Below, piece by piece: positions 36,609 to 50,494 of a stretch of DNA of 64,000 nucleotides. The translations under genes were made by a program, and so were the position numbers. Origin of the DNA: Malacoraja senta (taxonomy: Eukaryota); contig CM075991.1 of NCBI GenBank assembly GCA_038087875.1, positions 2,046,001 through 2,110,000 on the forward strand. Reading direction: 5' to 3'. The notes under the pieces are model-generated. The model was not told where the DNA came from and searched no databases. It was given only the letters and a program-made list of their open reading frames with translations. Positions within the stretch are counted from its first letter, which is position 1, and every line of letters starts with the position of its first letter.

Positions 36609-39600
36609 CAATTGACAGACAATGAAAGAATTTCTCTTTTTTAAATTTCCTATCCCTTCTTCTGTTTAACTGACATTAAAAGTAATTTTTTCTGAGAAAA
36701 TGTTGATCACCATATATCACTGTACAATAAAAAAAGACACTACACACTAGAGAATTCAACATTTTTTCTCTCCGTAGCGAGCTTAAACCTTCCTTAAACC
36801 TGCCCTCTGCTGAGTCTACATTTTGCGGCTAGTTAGGCTCTAGTCTAAGGTCAGTCTAAGCTTTGGCGATTAGTAGAAAGACAACTTAGACTTTAGTCTA
36901 AATATCAGGGATTTAAACCCGCCATCGAGTCTAAATTGCAGTTAAACCTGCTGTTGGGTTTAAAGAAATTAGTAGAATACGGGCCAAAGTGTTGGAGTAA
37001 CTCAGCGGGTCAGGCAGCACCTCTGGAGAACCTGCTGATAGGTGACATTTCATGGAAGGGTCTCCTATCATCTCCCAAAACTTCTCCTATCCATGTTCTC
37101 TAGAGGTGCTGACCGGCCCGCTGAGTTACTCCAGCACTTTGTGTTTTAGTTGTAGGAAGGAACTGCAGGTGCTGGTTTAAACCAAAGATAGACCCAAAAT
37201 GCTGGAGTAACTCTGCAGGACAGGCAGCATCTCTGGAGAGAAGGAGTGGGTGACGTTTAGGGTCGAGACCCTGTAGACTCATTAGGTTGCATGGAACGTC
37301 TGGAGGTTAAATGGTCAGGTACCCCCTGGTGGCCGAGTGGTCAAATGCAGCGTCTAAACAAAGACACCAAGTGCTGGAGTAACTCAGCCGGTCAAGCAGC
37401 ATCTCTGGAGAACATGGATCGGTGACGTTTCAGGGTCGGGACCCCTCTTCACACTGGAAGGCTGTGATTTCACGGGCGGTGAGATAGGACCGTTGATGAC
37501 TTCCTGGCCGTTGGGAATAAATGTTCCAGAGTGGGGAGAAAGCCGGCAAAGGGGGAGAGACACGGGGAGGGGGGGAGGTGAGATGGGGGTAGACGGGGGG
37601 GGGGGGGGAGAGATGGAGGGAGACAGGGGGAGAAAGAAGGGGGAGAGAGGGGGAGAGAGGTGGGAGAGACATGGAGGGAGATAGGGGGGAGAGAGATGGA
37701 GAGAGTGAGGGGAGAAAGAGGGGAAGAGATGGAGGGAGAGAGATGGAGGGAGAGAGATGGGGAGAGACTGGGGAGAGATAGGGGGTATAGAGAGGGGGAG
37801 CGATGGGGGGTGAGAGGTTGAGATGAGGGGAGAGAGGGTGGAGAGAGGGAGACAGGAGAGGGAGAAAGAGGGTAGTAGACCCCCCCCCCCCTACAGTATG
37901 AGAGGGTGAGTAGGCTCGGACTCTATTCCTTGGAGAGCAGGAGGATGAGGGGTGATCGTATAAAGGTGTATAAAATCATGAGAGGAATCGATTGGGTAGA
38001 TGCACAGAGTTTCTTGCCAAGAAAAGGGGAATCAAGGACCAGAGGACATAGGTTTAAGGTGAAGGGGGATCTAAGGGGGTAACATTTTCACACAAAGGGA
38101 GGTGGGTGTATGGAACAAGCTGCCAGAGGAGGTAGTTGAGGCTGGGACTATCCCGACATTTAAAAACCAGTTGGACAGGTACATGGATAGGACAGGTTTG
38201 GAGGGATATGGACCAAATGCAAGCAGGTGGGACTAGTGTAGCTGGGACATGTTGGCCAGTGCGGGCAAGTTGGGGTGAAGGGCCTGTTTCCATACTGTAT
38301 GACTCTGACTATGATAAAAGGAAAAACATTTAGTGCAAGTCCAGTAAAATCTGATTAAAGATAGTCCGAAGATCTCAAATGCGGAAGTTAGTAGCTTTGG
38401 ACTGCTCTCCTGGTGTTGATAGGATTACTTGATAACACTGGGCAGAAACTGTCCCTGAATCTGGAGGTGTGCGTTTTCACGCTTCTGTACGTTTTGTCTG
38501 ATGGGAGAGGGAGAAGAGGGAGTGGCCGGGGTGAGACTGGTCCCTGATTATGCCGCTGGGCTTGCTGAGACAGCGTGAAGCGCAGCGGTAGAGTTGCTGC
38601 CTTACAGCGCCAGAGACCCGGGTTCGATCCTGACTACGGGTGCTGTCTTATGGAGTTTTTACGTTCTCCCCGTGACCTGCATGGATTTTCTCCGGTTTCA
38701 TCCCACACTCCAAAGACATACAGATGTCGGTAAAATTGTTCCCAAATAAATTGTCCCTCGCGTGTGTAGGATAGTATTAATGCACGGGGATCGCTGGTCG
38801 ATGCGGTCGTGGGCCGAAGGGCCTGTTTATGTGCTGTATCTCTAAATTAAACAAGTAAACACAAATCATAAATGGAGTCAATGGAAGGGAGGTTGGTTTG
38901 TGTGATAGTCTGGGCTGGGTCCACAACTCTCTGCAATAGAGGTCATGTTCCAACTTTGCAAGACGTTGATGAAGACTGCAATGAGTATTATGTACAGTTC
39001 TGGTCGCCATGCAGGAAAGACTTGCCACATGTCGAGTACTTGAGGCATGAGGAGAGACTGGGTGGGCTGGGTCTGTTGTCCATGGACCAAATGAGGTGGA
39101 GGGGTGACTTTAGAGAGGGGTTTATAAAATCATGATGGATGGTCACAGTCTTTTAGGGGCCTAAAACAACAAGATATAGAATTAAGGTAGAGAGAAAATA
39201 GTTCAAGGTGACCTCAGGGTAAGTTTATCAGACAGAGGGTAATTGGTATGGAACGAGGTGCTGAAGGAAGTGGTAGAGTTGGGTACAATTACATTTACAT
39301 TTAAGGTATAAGGTTTAGAGGGAAATGGTCCAAACACAGGCAATTGGGACGAGCTCAGATATTGACATGGTCGGCATGTACATGTTGGGCTGAAGGGCCT
39401 GTTTCCATGCGGTATAACTCCGTGACTCGTTTTTAATCTATCAATATCTCTTTACAGATTCGGGTCCAGCCCAAAATGTCATCTGTCCATTCCCTCCACA
39501 GATGCGGCCTCACATGCTGAGTTCTTCCAGCATTTTGCTCTTGGCTCAAGATTCCAGCATCTGCCTGGAACATAGAACCGTGCAGCACAGGAACGGGCCA

Positions 39601-42600
39601 TTCGGCCCCACCATGTCTGTGCCGAACATGATGCCAAGTTAAAATGACCTCATCCGCCTGCATATGATCCATATCATGACATAAGTGAGAGGAGCAGAAT
39701 TAGGTCATTCGGCCCATCAAGTCTACTCCACCATTCTATCATTGCTGATCTATCTCTCCATCCTAATCCATTTTCCTGCCTACTCCCCACAATCCCTGAC
39801 ACCCTCCCCACCATGCCACACATATCCCACTATTCCCTTCATGTCCATGTGCATAATCAAAAGTAACAAAACGCCATAATCATATCTGCCTCCACTACAC
39901 GCCCCTGGTAATGAATTCCAGACACCCATCACTCTCTATGTAAAAAAACTTGCCCCACACATCTCCATGAAGCTTTCCCCCTCTCACCTTACAACTGCGC
40001 CCTCTAGTGTTGGACATTCCATTCTGGGAAAACAATCTTCAGTCTGCTCTGTGTCGCTTCACATATTTACTGATATTCACTCATCACATCAACTTGCTTT
40101 CCCGCTATCTTTGCATCATTACCAGATTTGACTGTGATACACCCTGTCCCTTCATCAAAGTCACTCTCCCCTTCTCCCATCAGGAAAAAGGTACAGAAGT
40201 GTGAAAACAAAACTCACACCTCCAGATACTTCCCAGCTGTTATCAGGCAACTGAACCATCCTACAACCATAGATAAGTTCTGAACCACTATCTACCTCTT
40301 TGGTGACCCTCACTATGACTCTTAGAGCCTTTCTTAGAGTCATAGAGTGATACCGTGTGGAAACAGCCTTCGGCCCAACTTGCCCACACCGCCCAACATG
40401 TCTCAGCTACACTAGTCCCACCTGCCTACGCTTGGTCCATGTCCCTCTCAACCTGTCCTATCCATGTACCTGTCTGTTTCTTAAACGTTGGGGATAGTCC
40501 CAGCCTGAACTACCTCCTCTGGCAGCTTGTTCCATACACCCATCAGCCTTAAATCTTCTTAAACAGAGATACAACATTAGCGAGGAGAGGGATGGCTGTT
40601 CGCGGGACAATGCGGATGGAGGTGACAGCTGCAACGGGCCTTTATGAGCTGGGACTTTGAAAATGGTGCCTACACCTGGCGACTCTTGCAGTGTGCAGGG
40701 AGGAACTGCAGATGATGCTTTAAACCAAAGTCAGACACAAAAAGCTGGAGTAACTCAGCGGGTCAGGCAGCGTCTCTGGAGAGAAGGAATAGGTGACGTT
40801 TCGGGTCGAGACCCTTCTTCAGGCTCAGTGGGCTGTTTCTATGAATTCTGCACTTGGGGACTGTGCTTCTGGATGGCAGTAATCATACTGATCTGTATGC
40901 AGAAATATAATTTCACTGTAGTTTGGTACACATGGTGATAAAGAATCATTAAACCACCAGTCTTCTGGTATCTCACCCCTGGCTCTCAATGGTACAAATA
41001 TATTTTCCAGGAAGATAGATACAAAAAACTGGAGTAACTCAGCAGGACAGGCAGCGTCTCTAGAGAGAAGGAATGGGTGACGTTTCTGGTCAAGACCCTT
41101 CTTCAGATTGAGCTCAAAGAAGGGTCTCAACCCAAAATATCACCCGTTCCTTCTTTCCAGAGACACTGCCTGTCCCATTGAGTTACTCAAGACAGCCTCA
41201 AGTTCCCTAAAAAATCCATGTCTTTCTCGACGTTAAATGCCGACAAGAAATAATCATTTATCTCCTGTGGCTCCACACATTGACAACCTTGTTGACCTTT
41301 ACGTTTGAGTTTAGGTTGCCACGTGTACCGAGGTACAGTGAAAAACTTTTGTTACGTTCTAACCAGTCAACAGAAAGACCATGCATGATTACAATCGAGC
41401 CGTCCACAGTGTACAGATACATGATAAAGGGAATAACATGAATAGCGTTTAGTGCCACATAAAGCCAGTAAACACCGATCAAAGATAGTCCGAGGTTCTC
41501 CAATGAGGTAAATAGTAGTTCATAATTGCTCTCTGGTTGTTGGTACGATGGTTCAGTTGCCTGATAACAACTGGGGAAAAACTGTCCCCGAATCTGGAGG
41601 TGTGCGTTTACACACTTCTGTACCTCTTGCCCGATGGGAGAGGGGAGAAGAGGGAGTGACCGGGGGAGGTCAGGTTAAGGGGTTGGATTCACTCCTTAGT
41701 TACTCTTTTGCCCTTCATATCCCATTGGATCCTTCGTGACCCTCTGGGTCACAATTATCTCATGGTGACTTCGAATCTTACAGCACGGAAACAGGCCCTT
41801 TGGCCCAACTCTCCATTCCAACTGACATGGCCCATCTAAGCCAAACCCATTTCCCCGCCTTTGGCCCACATTTCCCCCAAACCTTTCCTATCCACGTACC
41901 TGCCTTAATATCTCAAAAAACGTTGTTCTTGTACCTGCCTCAGCTCCTACCTCTGGCATGTCCCATTGTTGCCCTCCTGATTTCCCGCTGAAGTTCACTC
42001 CGACAACCTCTCTGAGCCAGAAGGGATTCATTAGATCCTCCTGACTTCTGCAATTCCAGTAGCGGTGGAGATGGGTCCTGAGGTGAAGGACAAAGAGGAG
42101 GTCACGGGAGGAGAAGAAAGAAACAGTATCGCGGTGGAGAACATGGGACAGCTACTGGCAGTGAGATTAGTTGATCATTTTCCAAGAAACCTCGGAATGA
42201 GAAACAGCGAGCAAGAAACTATCGAATAGTTTTAGAAACCTATCCGGTTTACTGATGGCCTTCAGAGATACAAATCTGCCAACGTTAAAGTTTAGATACT
42301 TGAAATCAGGCAGGCTCTTTGAGGAATACAACGCAAGTAGGAAAGAACTCAAGCGGACATTTAGAGGGGCCAAACACAGTCATGAAATGCCATTGGAGAG
42401 TTGGATTCAAGAAAATCCCAAGGCTTTTTAGTTTAGTTGACTTTAAGTTTATTTCAAAGTCACGTGAGTGACTACGTGGAGAAGCCCGCCAGCCTGCATG
42501 CGCGTCAATACATCTAACGCATGGCGCACGACAGGCTGCGAGGAGGGTCGGCTCCTCCAGCGGTAAATTTAAAAATCTCACAGGTAAGTGTGCAACTTAC

Positions 42601-43101
42601 TCTGAGGAATTTTCGTGTATGTATTTTTTCTAATAACAATAGTCGCTAGAGTGATGGAAAAACCTAGGACTAACAAACCTAGACGGGCCGCGGAGAAACC
42701 GGCTGTAGAGAAGTGCGGGAAGCCGGCGGCCGTCGGTTTCTTCTTCAGAGTCGCTGGCAGTTTGCTCAGCTACTTCAGATTTGGTTCCTGCAAGGAGCAA
42801 CTTGGCAACCCCGAAGGGGGGTAAAGCCAAACAAAAGTCTATCAGACATGTATTGACTGATGATTCAGGCCAGGAGGATTCCCCTCCTACATCAATGAGT
42901 GATGTCTTCGGGCGTCTATCTCAAACGGAGAACCTCATGGAGAGGATGCTGACACACACTATGCTCCGTGGTACGGAGGCATATACAGGCAGGTCTACTC
43001 TAACACCTGCGGCAGCGCCTGGGACAGGGCTGCTTAGTACCTCCCGCTCAGAATAGGGGAGTTTCGGAGGTCATTATACGGCTTACTCCGAATATGGATG
43101 T

Positions 43102-43788
43102 GTGTCGGAGGAACATGCTATTATGCATGAGCTGCGCGAGCTGCATACACAAGAGTTGCCAGCTCTTGCCTCCAGACTTGCTGTGCCTTCACAGATAGGG
43201 AAACCACTTCTGGAAGAATTGGCTTCAAGCGTCAGCTACCTGACTTCACAGCAACTTAAAGAAGAGACCATGGTAGAAACAGCTGCAAAATACCCCACTC
43301 CAGACAATTGTCCAACTCTGAATGTGCCCTTGGTCAACAATACTATTTGGGGATATATTGGGGGTAGCATCAAGACCCAAGAGATGAAGCTCCAACGCAT
43401 CCTGAAATTGCTATCTGCAGGCAACACGGCTTTCGCCAGATCAATAGATGGGGGTCCATTATCAGATGTGCAGCAAGATGCTATGGCGCTGATGTGCAAT
43501 GCACATTTCGAGATAAATTGTTTCTGGAAGAACGCCATCAGGCCAGCATTGAACCCTAGGTTTGCGCATCTGTGTAGAGCCAGTAATGTCCAGCCTCCCA
43601 ATCTACTGTTCGGAGAAGACCTGAGTAAACAGGTGAAAGACCTGCATGACGAGTCCAGAGCAGCAAGATTGATGAAGGCATTTCCTATGGGCAAGTCTCC
43701 ACTCTTCTGGCGTCAGCACCCTTACGCCTCTACTAGCAGGAAGCGGTTTGCTGAACCCAGTGGCAGCTCCAGATTTGATCTTTTTTAG
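43102..43788 (+). pseudogene. DIRS gag-like ORF1 (major fragment)
   Basis: KYPTPDNCPTLNVPLVNNTIW and LLFGEDLSKQVKD motifs typical of DIRS ORF1; upstream part interrupted. Confidence 0.7.
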
Positions 43789-44294
43789 GGCATGGCCCGT
43801 CCCGCCCATCATGGAAGATGCGGCATCCTCATGCCCCAGCAGCTCAACCCTTCAGAGGAAGGGGAAGGAAGCAAAACCAGAATTAGGGTCCGCTGGGCCT
43901 GCTATTGAACCACCTGTGACCGTTGAGGTAGGTGGGTCTGGTTCTTTAAGTCACACAGGGGGTGAGGAGCAATTACAAATTGGTGGTAGATTAAGTTTGT
44001 TTTTGCATGAATGGCGGCAGATAACCTCAGATCCATTTATATTTATATAAAGGGTTTTGAAATTGAATTTTTACCTAACTCATTGCCACCCACACAGCAT
44101 ACGCCAAGTCAGTCGTATATTTATTCCAAACAAGAGGCTTTGGATATGCAAGCGGCAATACACGCATCGCACAAAAAGGTGTGATTGAGAGATCAATGTA
44201 TGAAAAACATCAATACATCTCCAGTATATTCTCCAGGGAGAAGAAAGATGGTGGATGCCGTATCATCCTTGATTTGGCAGAATTTAAGTAATAT

Positions 44295-45850
44295 GTGCAG
44301 TATAGACATTTGAAGATAGAGAATTTCTCTACTGCTAAGCAACTAATTTCTGAGGGCTGCTTTATGACATGCATCGATCTCATGGATGCATATTATTCGG
44401 TTCCAATTCACAAGGATCACCGGAGATATCTGAAATTTAGCTGGATGGGACAGCTGTGGCAGTTTAAAGCATTACCTAATGGTTTAACCTCAGCACCTCG
44501 GTTATTTACTAAACTGTTGAAGCCAGTGCTTGGTCTGCTCAGAGCTAAAAAAAATATTGTTATGGGCTCTTTGGATGATATCCTGATCATAGGGAAAACC
44601 CTACATTTGGCTAAACTAGCTGTTTCAGCCCCAAAGCTTATATTTGAGAAATTGGGGTTTCTCATCCATCCAGTCAAATCCAGGTTGATACCAACAATGG
44701 TTATTGATTATTTAGGGTTTACTATTAACTCGCTGGAAATGTCTGTGACCCTACCCAGGGGAAAGGAATTAGATTTAATGGAAGCCTGTAATAGCCTTCT
44801 CGTTACAGAACAGCCATCTATTCGCCCGGTGGCTAGAGTAATTGGCAAAATAGTGGCTACCTTTCCAGCTGTTCGATTTTGGCCGTTGCATTATCAAAAT
44901 CTGCAGCGTGCAAAGGAACAGGTACTTAATTCCCATTTAGGTCATTTTGACAGACCTATGCAATTGTGATCTAACTCTATAGCAGAGTTACAATGGTGGA
45001 CAACCAATATTCAACATTGCTCCGGCAACATTTGATTAGTAAACCTTTAATTGTACTACAGACTGATGCAAGTGCACTGGGATGGGGAGCTACTAACACC
45101 ATCGCTAGTTGTGGTGGCAGATGGGACATGCACGAATTATCATTTATCCATCAATATGGTATCAATTACCTAGAAATGCTGGGGGCATTCTATGCTTTAA
45201 AAGCTTACTGTGGGAAGCTACATAATGTGCATGTTCAACTTCAAATCGATAACACTACAGCGGTGGCATATATTAATCATATCGGTGGAATCAAATCAAT
45301 GTCCTGTGATGATTTAGCTAATCTCATTTGGAGTTGGTGTATAAACAGGAGGATTTGGATCTCAGCTACCTACTTGCCGGGTAGATTTAACACAGTGGCA
45401 GCTACCAGATCTCGTAAAGTTAATGATCACACAGAATGGATGTTAAATCGCAAAGTATTTAATGACATTATTACTCACTATGGAACACCTGATATTGATT
45501 TGTTTGCATCCAGGCTTAATCACCAATTGCCTAGATATATAGCATGGGAGCCAGACCCAGGGGCGGAAGCTATAGATGCATTCTCTTTAGACTGGGGAGG
45601 AATGTTCTTCTATGCCTTCCCTCGATTTTGCCTCATCGGTCGTTGCTTGCAAAAACTCAAGAAAGACTCCGCTTCGGGGATTATAGTAGTGCCTGACTGG
45701 CCTACGCAACCATGGTTCCCTTTGCTGTTAGCAATGCTAACAGAACTATATATGGTTATTCATAAACATATATACTTGCTTGTTCATCCCGTGTCTCTGG
45801 CATCTCATCCTCTGCATGACAAAATCAACTTATTAATTTGCAGGGTCTAA
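44295..45850 (+). pseudogene. DIRS RT / RNase H / methyltransferase-like ORF, frameshifted
   Basis: IDLMDAYYSVPI, LPNGLTSAPRLFTK, GSLDD (Y of YxDD lost), TDASALGWGA, INYLEM, IDNTTAVAYIN, IDLFASRLN, YAFP and VPDWPTQPWFP. Confidence 0.92.
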
Positions 45851-46823
45851 GAAGACCTTTTTTGGGGCTTGGATTATCTGACCGAACGGTGGACGTAATC
45901 ACTGCAGCTTGGCGGGATGGCACTAAGAAGCAGTACACTTCTTACATTAGACTATGGGAAGTTTTTTGTGTTAATTCAGATATAACTTAGGATTCGGCAG
46001 ATATAGCCGATGTGTTGGAATTCCTTTCAACATTATATTTTGATTTTAAAAATTAAGTTACAGTGGTATCAACACTGCTAGAAGTGCTTTATCGTCATAC
46101 TTGCTGCTGGGATCAGGACACCATTCTGTCGGGTCTCACCCATTGGTATCCAAATTTATGAGGGTTATCTTTAACAAATACCTTCCCAGGCCCAGATATA
46201 CGGAAGTATGGGACAATAACGTAGCGTTAACACTGCTTAGCAGTTGGGCTCCAGCCACATCTTTGTCTTTGGTTCAGCTCACCTATAAATGAATAAAGCT
46301 CATGGCGCTCATTTCAGCGCAACGTGTCCAGTCATTGCATAAATTAAGGCTGGATAAGGTAGTTATGTCTAACAATAGGATAATCGTTTGCGTAAATGAG
46401 TTGGTTAAGGAAAGTAGACCAGGTGTGCTGGGACTTAAGCTGGATTTTTTGGCATATCCACCTCATCGTAGGTTATGTGTTGTTACAGATATTAAACAAT
46501 ATATAAAGGTTACAAAGGACCTGTGAGGCACCGAATTGGCTATGTTCATCAGTCACAGAAAACCACACGGAAGGGTATCAGTGCAGACCATTTCTAGATG
46601 GTTGAGACATGTTTTAGCATTCGCAGGAGTGGACACTGATGTTTTTAAATCTCACTCTACCAGGGCTGCAGCAACGTCGGCAGCAACATTCATGGAAGTT
46701 CCGCTGGACCGCATCCTAGCGACAGCAGGATGGTCGAATGAGCGAACTTTTCAAGCATATTATAATAAGCCTATTGTCAGGCCTGGTTCGTTTCCTAGTA
46801 AAATTTTAAGTTCTGTTAATTAA
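45850..46823 (+). pseudogene. DIRS tyrosine recombinase, with stops and frameshifts
   Basis: ALISAQRVQSL, FKSHSTRAAATS and AGWSNERTFQAYYNKP, i.e. the YR R...HxxR...W...Y signature. Confidence 0.92.
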
Positions 46824-47413
46824 TCTATACTTTATCCCTGATGTAAGGGACCGTTATTATTATTTCTATTAAAGCATAAACATGTTTAAGTCGATATCAT
46901 GTTGATGCAGAATGTTTATTCAGCCATATCTGGTCAACTGAGGCAGTATGCTTGCATGGACTTTGGTTCACTGCATGAAATCACAGAGCTTTGACATCTT
47001 CACGTAGTCACACGTGACTTCGAAATAAAATAGAAAGATTAAACGAGAACTTACCGTTTGAAGTTTGGTCTTATTTTATGAGAAGTTGAAGTGAGGGATT
47101 ACGTGCCCTCCACTCCCAACCCTATTCTCATAAAGATTATTCGGTAGTTCTAGTTCCGTTAAATCTTCCTATAGCTTAGGTCAGCAACTATTCTGTGGTT
47201 TCATACAGCTGCTTTAAAGGTTGACACGCATGCGGGCTGGCGGGCTTCTTCACGTAATCCCTCACTTCAACTTCTCATAAAAAAAGATCGAACTTCAAAC
47301 GGTAAGTTCTCGTTTAATCTTTCTAATTTAGTTTAGTTTAGTTTGGAGATACAGTGTGGAAACAGGCCCTTCAGCCCACCGAGTCCATGCCAACCAGCGA
47401 CCTCTGCACACTA

Positions 47414-47616
47414 AAAGGCCTGTCCCACTTGGGCGACATTTGCGCATCACGCAGGTGGCGTGCGAAGATTTTGTAAAATCCCAAAATCCTGGGGAGCCTC
47501 GCGCGACCTCGCATCACTGCCTACGCCACCCTTCCTCACCACGAGCCATGCATCGTGATGCGTAAATGATGTCGCGTAAATGACGCGCAAATGACGCCCA
47601 AGTGGGACAGGCCCTT
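47414..47616. mobile_element. ~200-bp MITE (possibly Harbinger-type); related partial copy ~33553-33660
   Basis: ~30-bp TIRs AARGGCCTGTCCCACTTGGGCGWCATTTGCGC. Confidence 0.8.
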
Positions 47617-48448
47617 CTGTCTTTGTCTGAAGCAGGGTCTCGACCAGAAACGTCACACATTCTTTCTCTCCACATATGCTGCCTGACCCGCTGAGTTACT
47701 CCAGCATTTTGATCCTGTCTTCTATGTCAACCAGCATCTGCAGTTCCTTCCCACACAAAGGGTAAATATAATTCACTGTAACAGCAACCTGCATTCATAT
47801 AGCTCCTTTAACATTGTAATAGTCACAACACTTTTCACGGGATAGATATCAGGGCAGCACGGTCAAAAGAAAAGGTTTTAAGCATCATATAATTAAAACG
47901 GAACTGCAAATGCTGGTTTATACCAGAGATAGACACAACATTCTGGAGTGACTCAGCAGGACAGGCAGCAGCCCTGGAGAAATTGGATAGTTGACGTTTC
48001 GGGGACGGGAGTCTGTAGAAGGGTCCCAACCCGAATCAGCACCTAGGTATATTCGCCAGGGGTTATCAGCATCATCTTAATGAGGGAGAGAAGAGGATGT
48101 GTATTGTTGAGGTAGGAGGTTAATTACAGAGCCTGGGACCCAGGCAGCTGATGTGATGGTTGCCAAGGGTGAAGAGGGGGACATGTGGGCTGGACAAGGT
48201 GCAATGTGAAGCGCAATACTGTCAGAGGATCACAGAGGTGGAGGGAGAACCTGAATGCCCAGGAGCGAAGACAACTGGAATTAGTTGTGAACACTGCCCA
48301 GTCCATCACCGGCTCTGACCTCCCCACTATCGAAGGCATTTACCAGAGTCAAAAAGGCAGCCAGCATCATCAGAGACCCACACCAGCCTGGCCATGCTCC
48401 CATCTCACCCCTGCCATCGGGAAGAAGGTAGAGGAGCCTGAAAACTGT

Positions 48449-48854
48449 AACATCCAGGTTCAGGAACAGCTTCTTCCCAACAGCCATCAGGCTATTAAAC
48501 ACTACATCCTCAAATAGGCTCTGAACTACATAGACTATGATTGTTATTATTCCATTATTATTATGTGGATTTTTTATGTGTACGTATGTATGCATGTACC
48601 TATATACATAAGTATGTGTGTGTATATAGATGTGTGCATTTGTATGTGTATATATACACACACTGAACTCGTTTATTATATAGTTTACAGTGTACTATGT
48701 TTACATATTGTGTTGTGCTGCTGCAAGTAAGAATGTCATTGTTCTATCTGGGACAATAAAACACTCTTGAATCTTGATGTTATTTTCTTGCACAGCATTC
48801 AGGCAGAAGTTACAAAAGCTTGGCCCACGTACAGCCAGATTCTTCCCTGCTGTT
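48449..48854 (+). repeat. Left copy of ~405-bp direct repeat flanking the LINE (right copy 52974-53377)
   Basis: Near-identical from AACATCCAGGTTCAGG to TTCCCTGCTGTT; only a handful of differences by eye. Confidence 0.93.
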
Positions 48855-49078
48855 CCAAGATGGCTGCTGTTGCTGCGTGAGGGTTTGACACAAGCTCAAG
48901 TCTGCAGGCTCAACTATTTGTCTATTGATGGCGTTCTGAGATTCCTTCTACACTCTAACTCTCCTGGTGTCAATGAACAATTTTTGGTGAATCTAAAAAG
49001 CAAGGTAGAACAACTTTAGCATTAAAAATAACGAATTACTAATTACTGGACTATCTTCTACCTTCTACTATTCATTGA

Positions 49079-49888
49079 GTGGAAAAGACTATTACTCTTA
49101 CAATGGGCGAGCCAATTGCCCTCCAAAGTGTCTTGGATAACATGCAGCAAATGCAGCTCAACATGATATTACATATGGACAATAAAATTGATCCAATTGG
49201 AGCAAGCCTGATTAACATTGAAGGCTCACTTCAAACGCTTGGAGAGCACGTAACGGAGCTTGAGCATAGAGTTAGCTCCAACGAGGATAATATAATGGAC
49301 CTGGTTGGACGTGTAAAATCACTTGAAAAAGAAAACGCTGACCTGAAAACTTGGGCAGATGACGCTGAGAACAGAAGCAGACGTTCCAACTTACGTTTCG
49401 TCGGCATCCCCGAGAGGGTCGAGTCCAAAGAAATCTCCGGATTCATGGGCCGTCTGATACCGCAGCTTCTTGGTGAGGCGAATTTCCCCACTCCTCTAGT
49501 GATTGAGCGTTGTCACCGTGCTGGTCGCAAGGATAACTCCAGAGCCAAGGGTCCAAGGCCTATCCTGGTGAAGTTCCACTATTTCCAGGATAAGCTGAGG
49601 ATAATGAAGCTCTCCCGGGAGAAAAATGTGCCCCTTGAGTACAATGGAGCTTGGGTTCATGTTTACCCGGACTTCAGCGCTGCTCTTGTCCAGAGACGCC
49701 GGGTGTATGATGCGGCTAAGAAGAAGTTACGCGACCGTGACATTAAATATGCATTGATCTTTCGCTGCACACTGAGAGTTGTCTACGCTGGCAAGACACA
49801 GTTCTTTCGCACTCCTGATGAAGTTGAGACATTTTTTGGTGAGCTCTCCTCCATTAACTCCTCCATGGACTCTGATATAACAGCCTAA
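49079..49888 (+). CDS. LINE ORF1p (coiled coil + RRM + CTD, L1/transposase_22-like), uninterrupted
   Basis: ENRSRRSNLRFVGIPE, IERCHR, PRPILVKFH and VYPDFSAALVQRRR motifs. Confidence 0.85.
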   Translation: MEKTITLTMGEPIALQSVLDNMQQMQLNMILHMDNKIDPIGASLINIEGSLQTLGEHVTELEHRVSSNEDNIMDLVGRVKSLEKENADLKTWADDAENRSRRSNLRFVGIPERVESKEISGFMGRLIPQLLGEANFPTPLVIERCHRAGRKDNSRAKGPRPILVKFHYFQDKLRIMKLSREKNVPLEYNGAWVHVYPDFSAALVQRRRVYDAAKKKLRDRDIKYALIFRCTLRVVYAGKTQFFRTPDEVETFFGELSSINSSMDSDITA

Positions 49889-50494
49889 TGTTGGTGGCCA
49901 GTGGCTGGTGATAGCGTTAGCACAATAATGCTGTTTGCCTATGAACTTTGTGTTTAGCTGGTTTTTGGTTGTATTTTTCTTGATTTTGATAAAAAATGAT
50001 GCCAGCGGCTTCTCTTGTAATTATATAACCGCTGGACCAGCATTGATTTTTCTGTCTTATTTGCAAAGTTGAAGCTGGCATGAGAGTTGTTATGATTGAT
50101 GCTGCTTTACTACTGTTGCCGTAAAAAAGTGTCGCAATTGCCGTAAAACGTTGCAAAACTAAGAGTTGTTATTTTGGGCTTCATAATGCCCCATTAATTT
50201 AAACATAAATGGTCCAGGACCTCATACTTTGATCTATTTGCATAAATATGAGCTATGCAGACTGAGGTGTGTATGCTCACTTTTTTTCTTCTTTTTTCTC
50301 TCTCTCTCAATGACGCAGCCTGATCTTGTGTGCTTTGTCTGTCCTGTCTTTTGTGTGTGTGTGTGTCTGTGTCAATCTGTGTATGTGGCTCTCTCGTCCC
50401 CTTTCTCATGCTATTTCCCTGTCTCACTCCCCCGACCTTATTTACACCCAATTGATCCACAATTGATACAGCTAAAGGTCTAAAAATCATCCAT

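Larger units (their letters stand above)
34916..36985. mobile_element. PIF/Harbinger transposon relic, internally deleted
   Basis: 19-bp TIRs GGCCYGTATTCTACTAATT and subterminal AGTCTAA/TTAAACC repeats; convergent Myb/SANT-like fragment (+, 35179-35283) and transposase fragment (-). Confidence 0.88.
42448..47325 (+). mobile_element. DIRS1-like tyrosine-recombinase retrotransposon, full length but decayed
   Basis: Left ITR ~42448-42510, right ITR with extension ~47221-47324, and internal complementary region ~46998-47105 pairing with both termini; gag-like, RT, RNase H, methyltransferase-like and YR frames in order. Confidence 0.95.

Noticed and set aside
40657..40938. Hydrophobic ORF end (GLCFWMAVIILIC) as the FGFR transmembrane exon
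   Set aside because: No similarity to the FGFR TM/juxtamembrane sequence; the ORF is stitched across repeat fragments.
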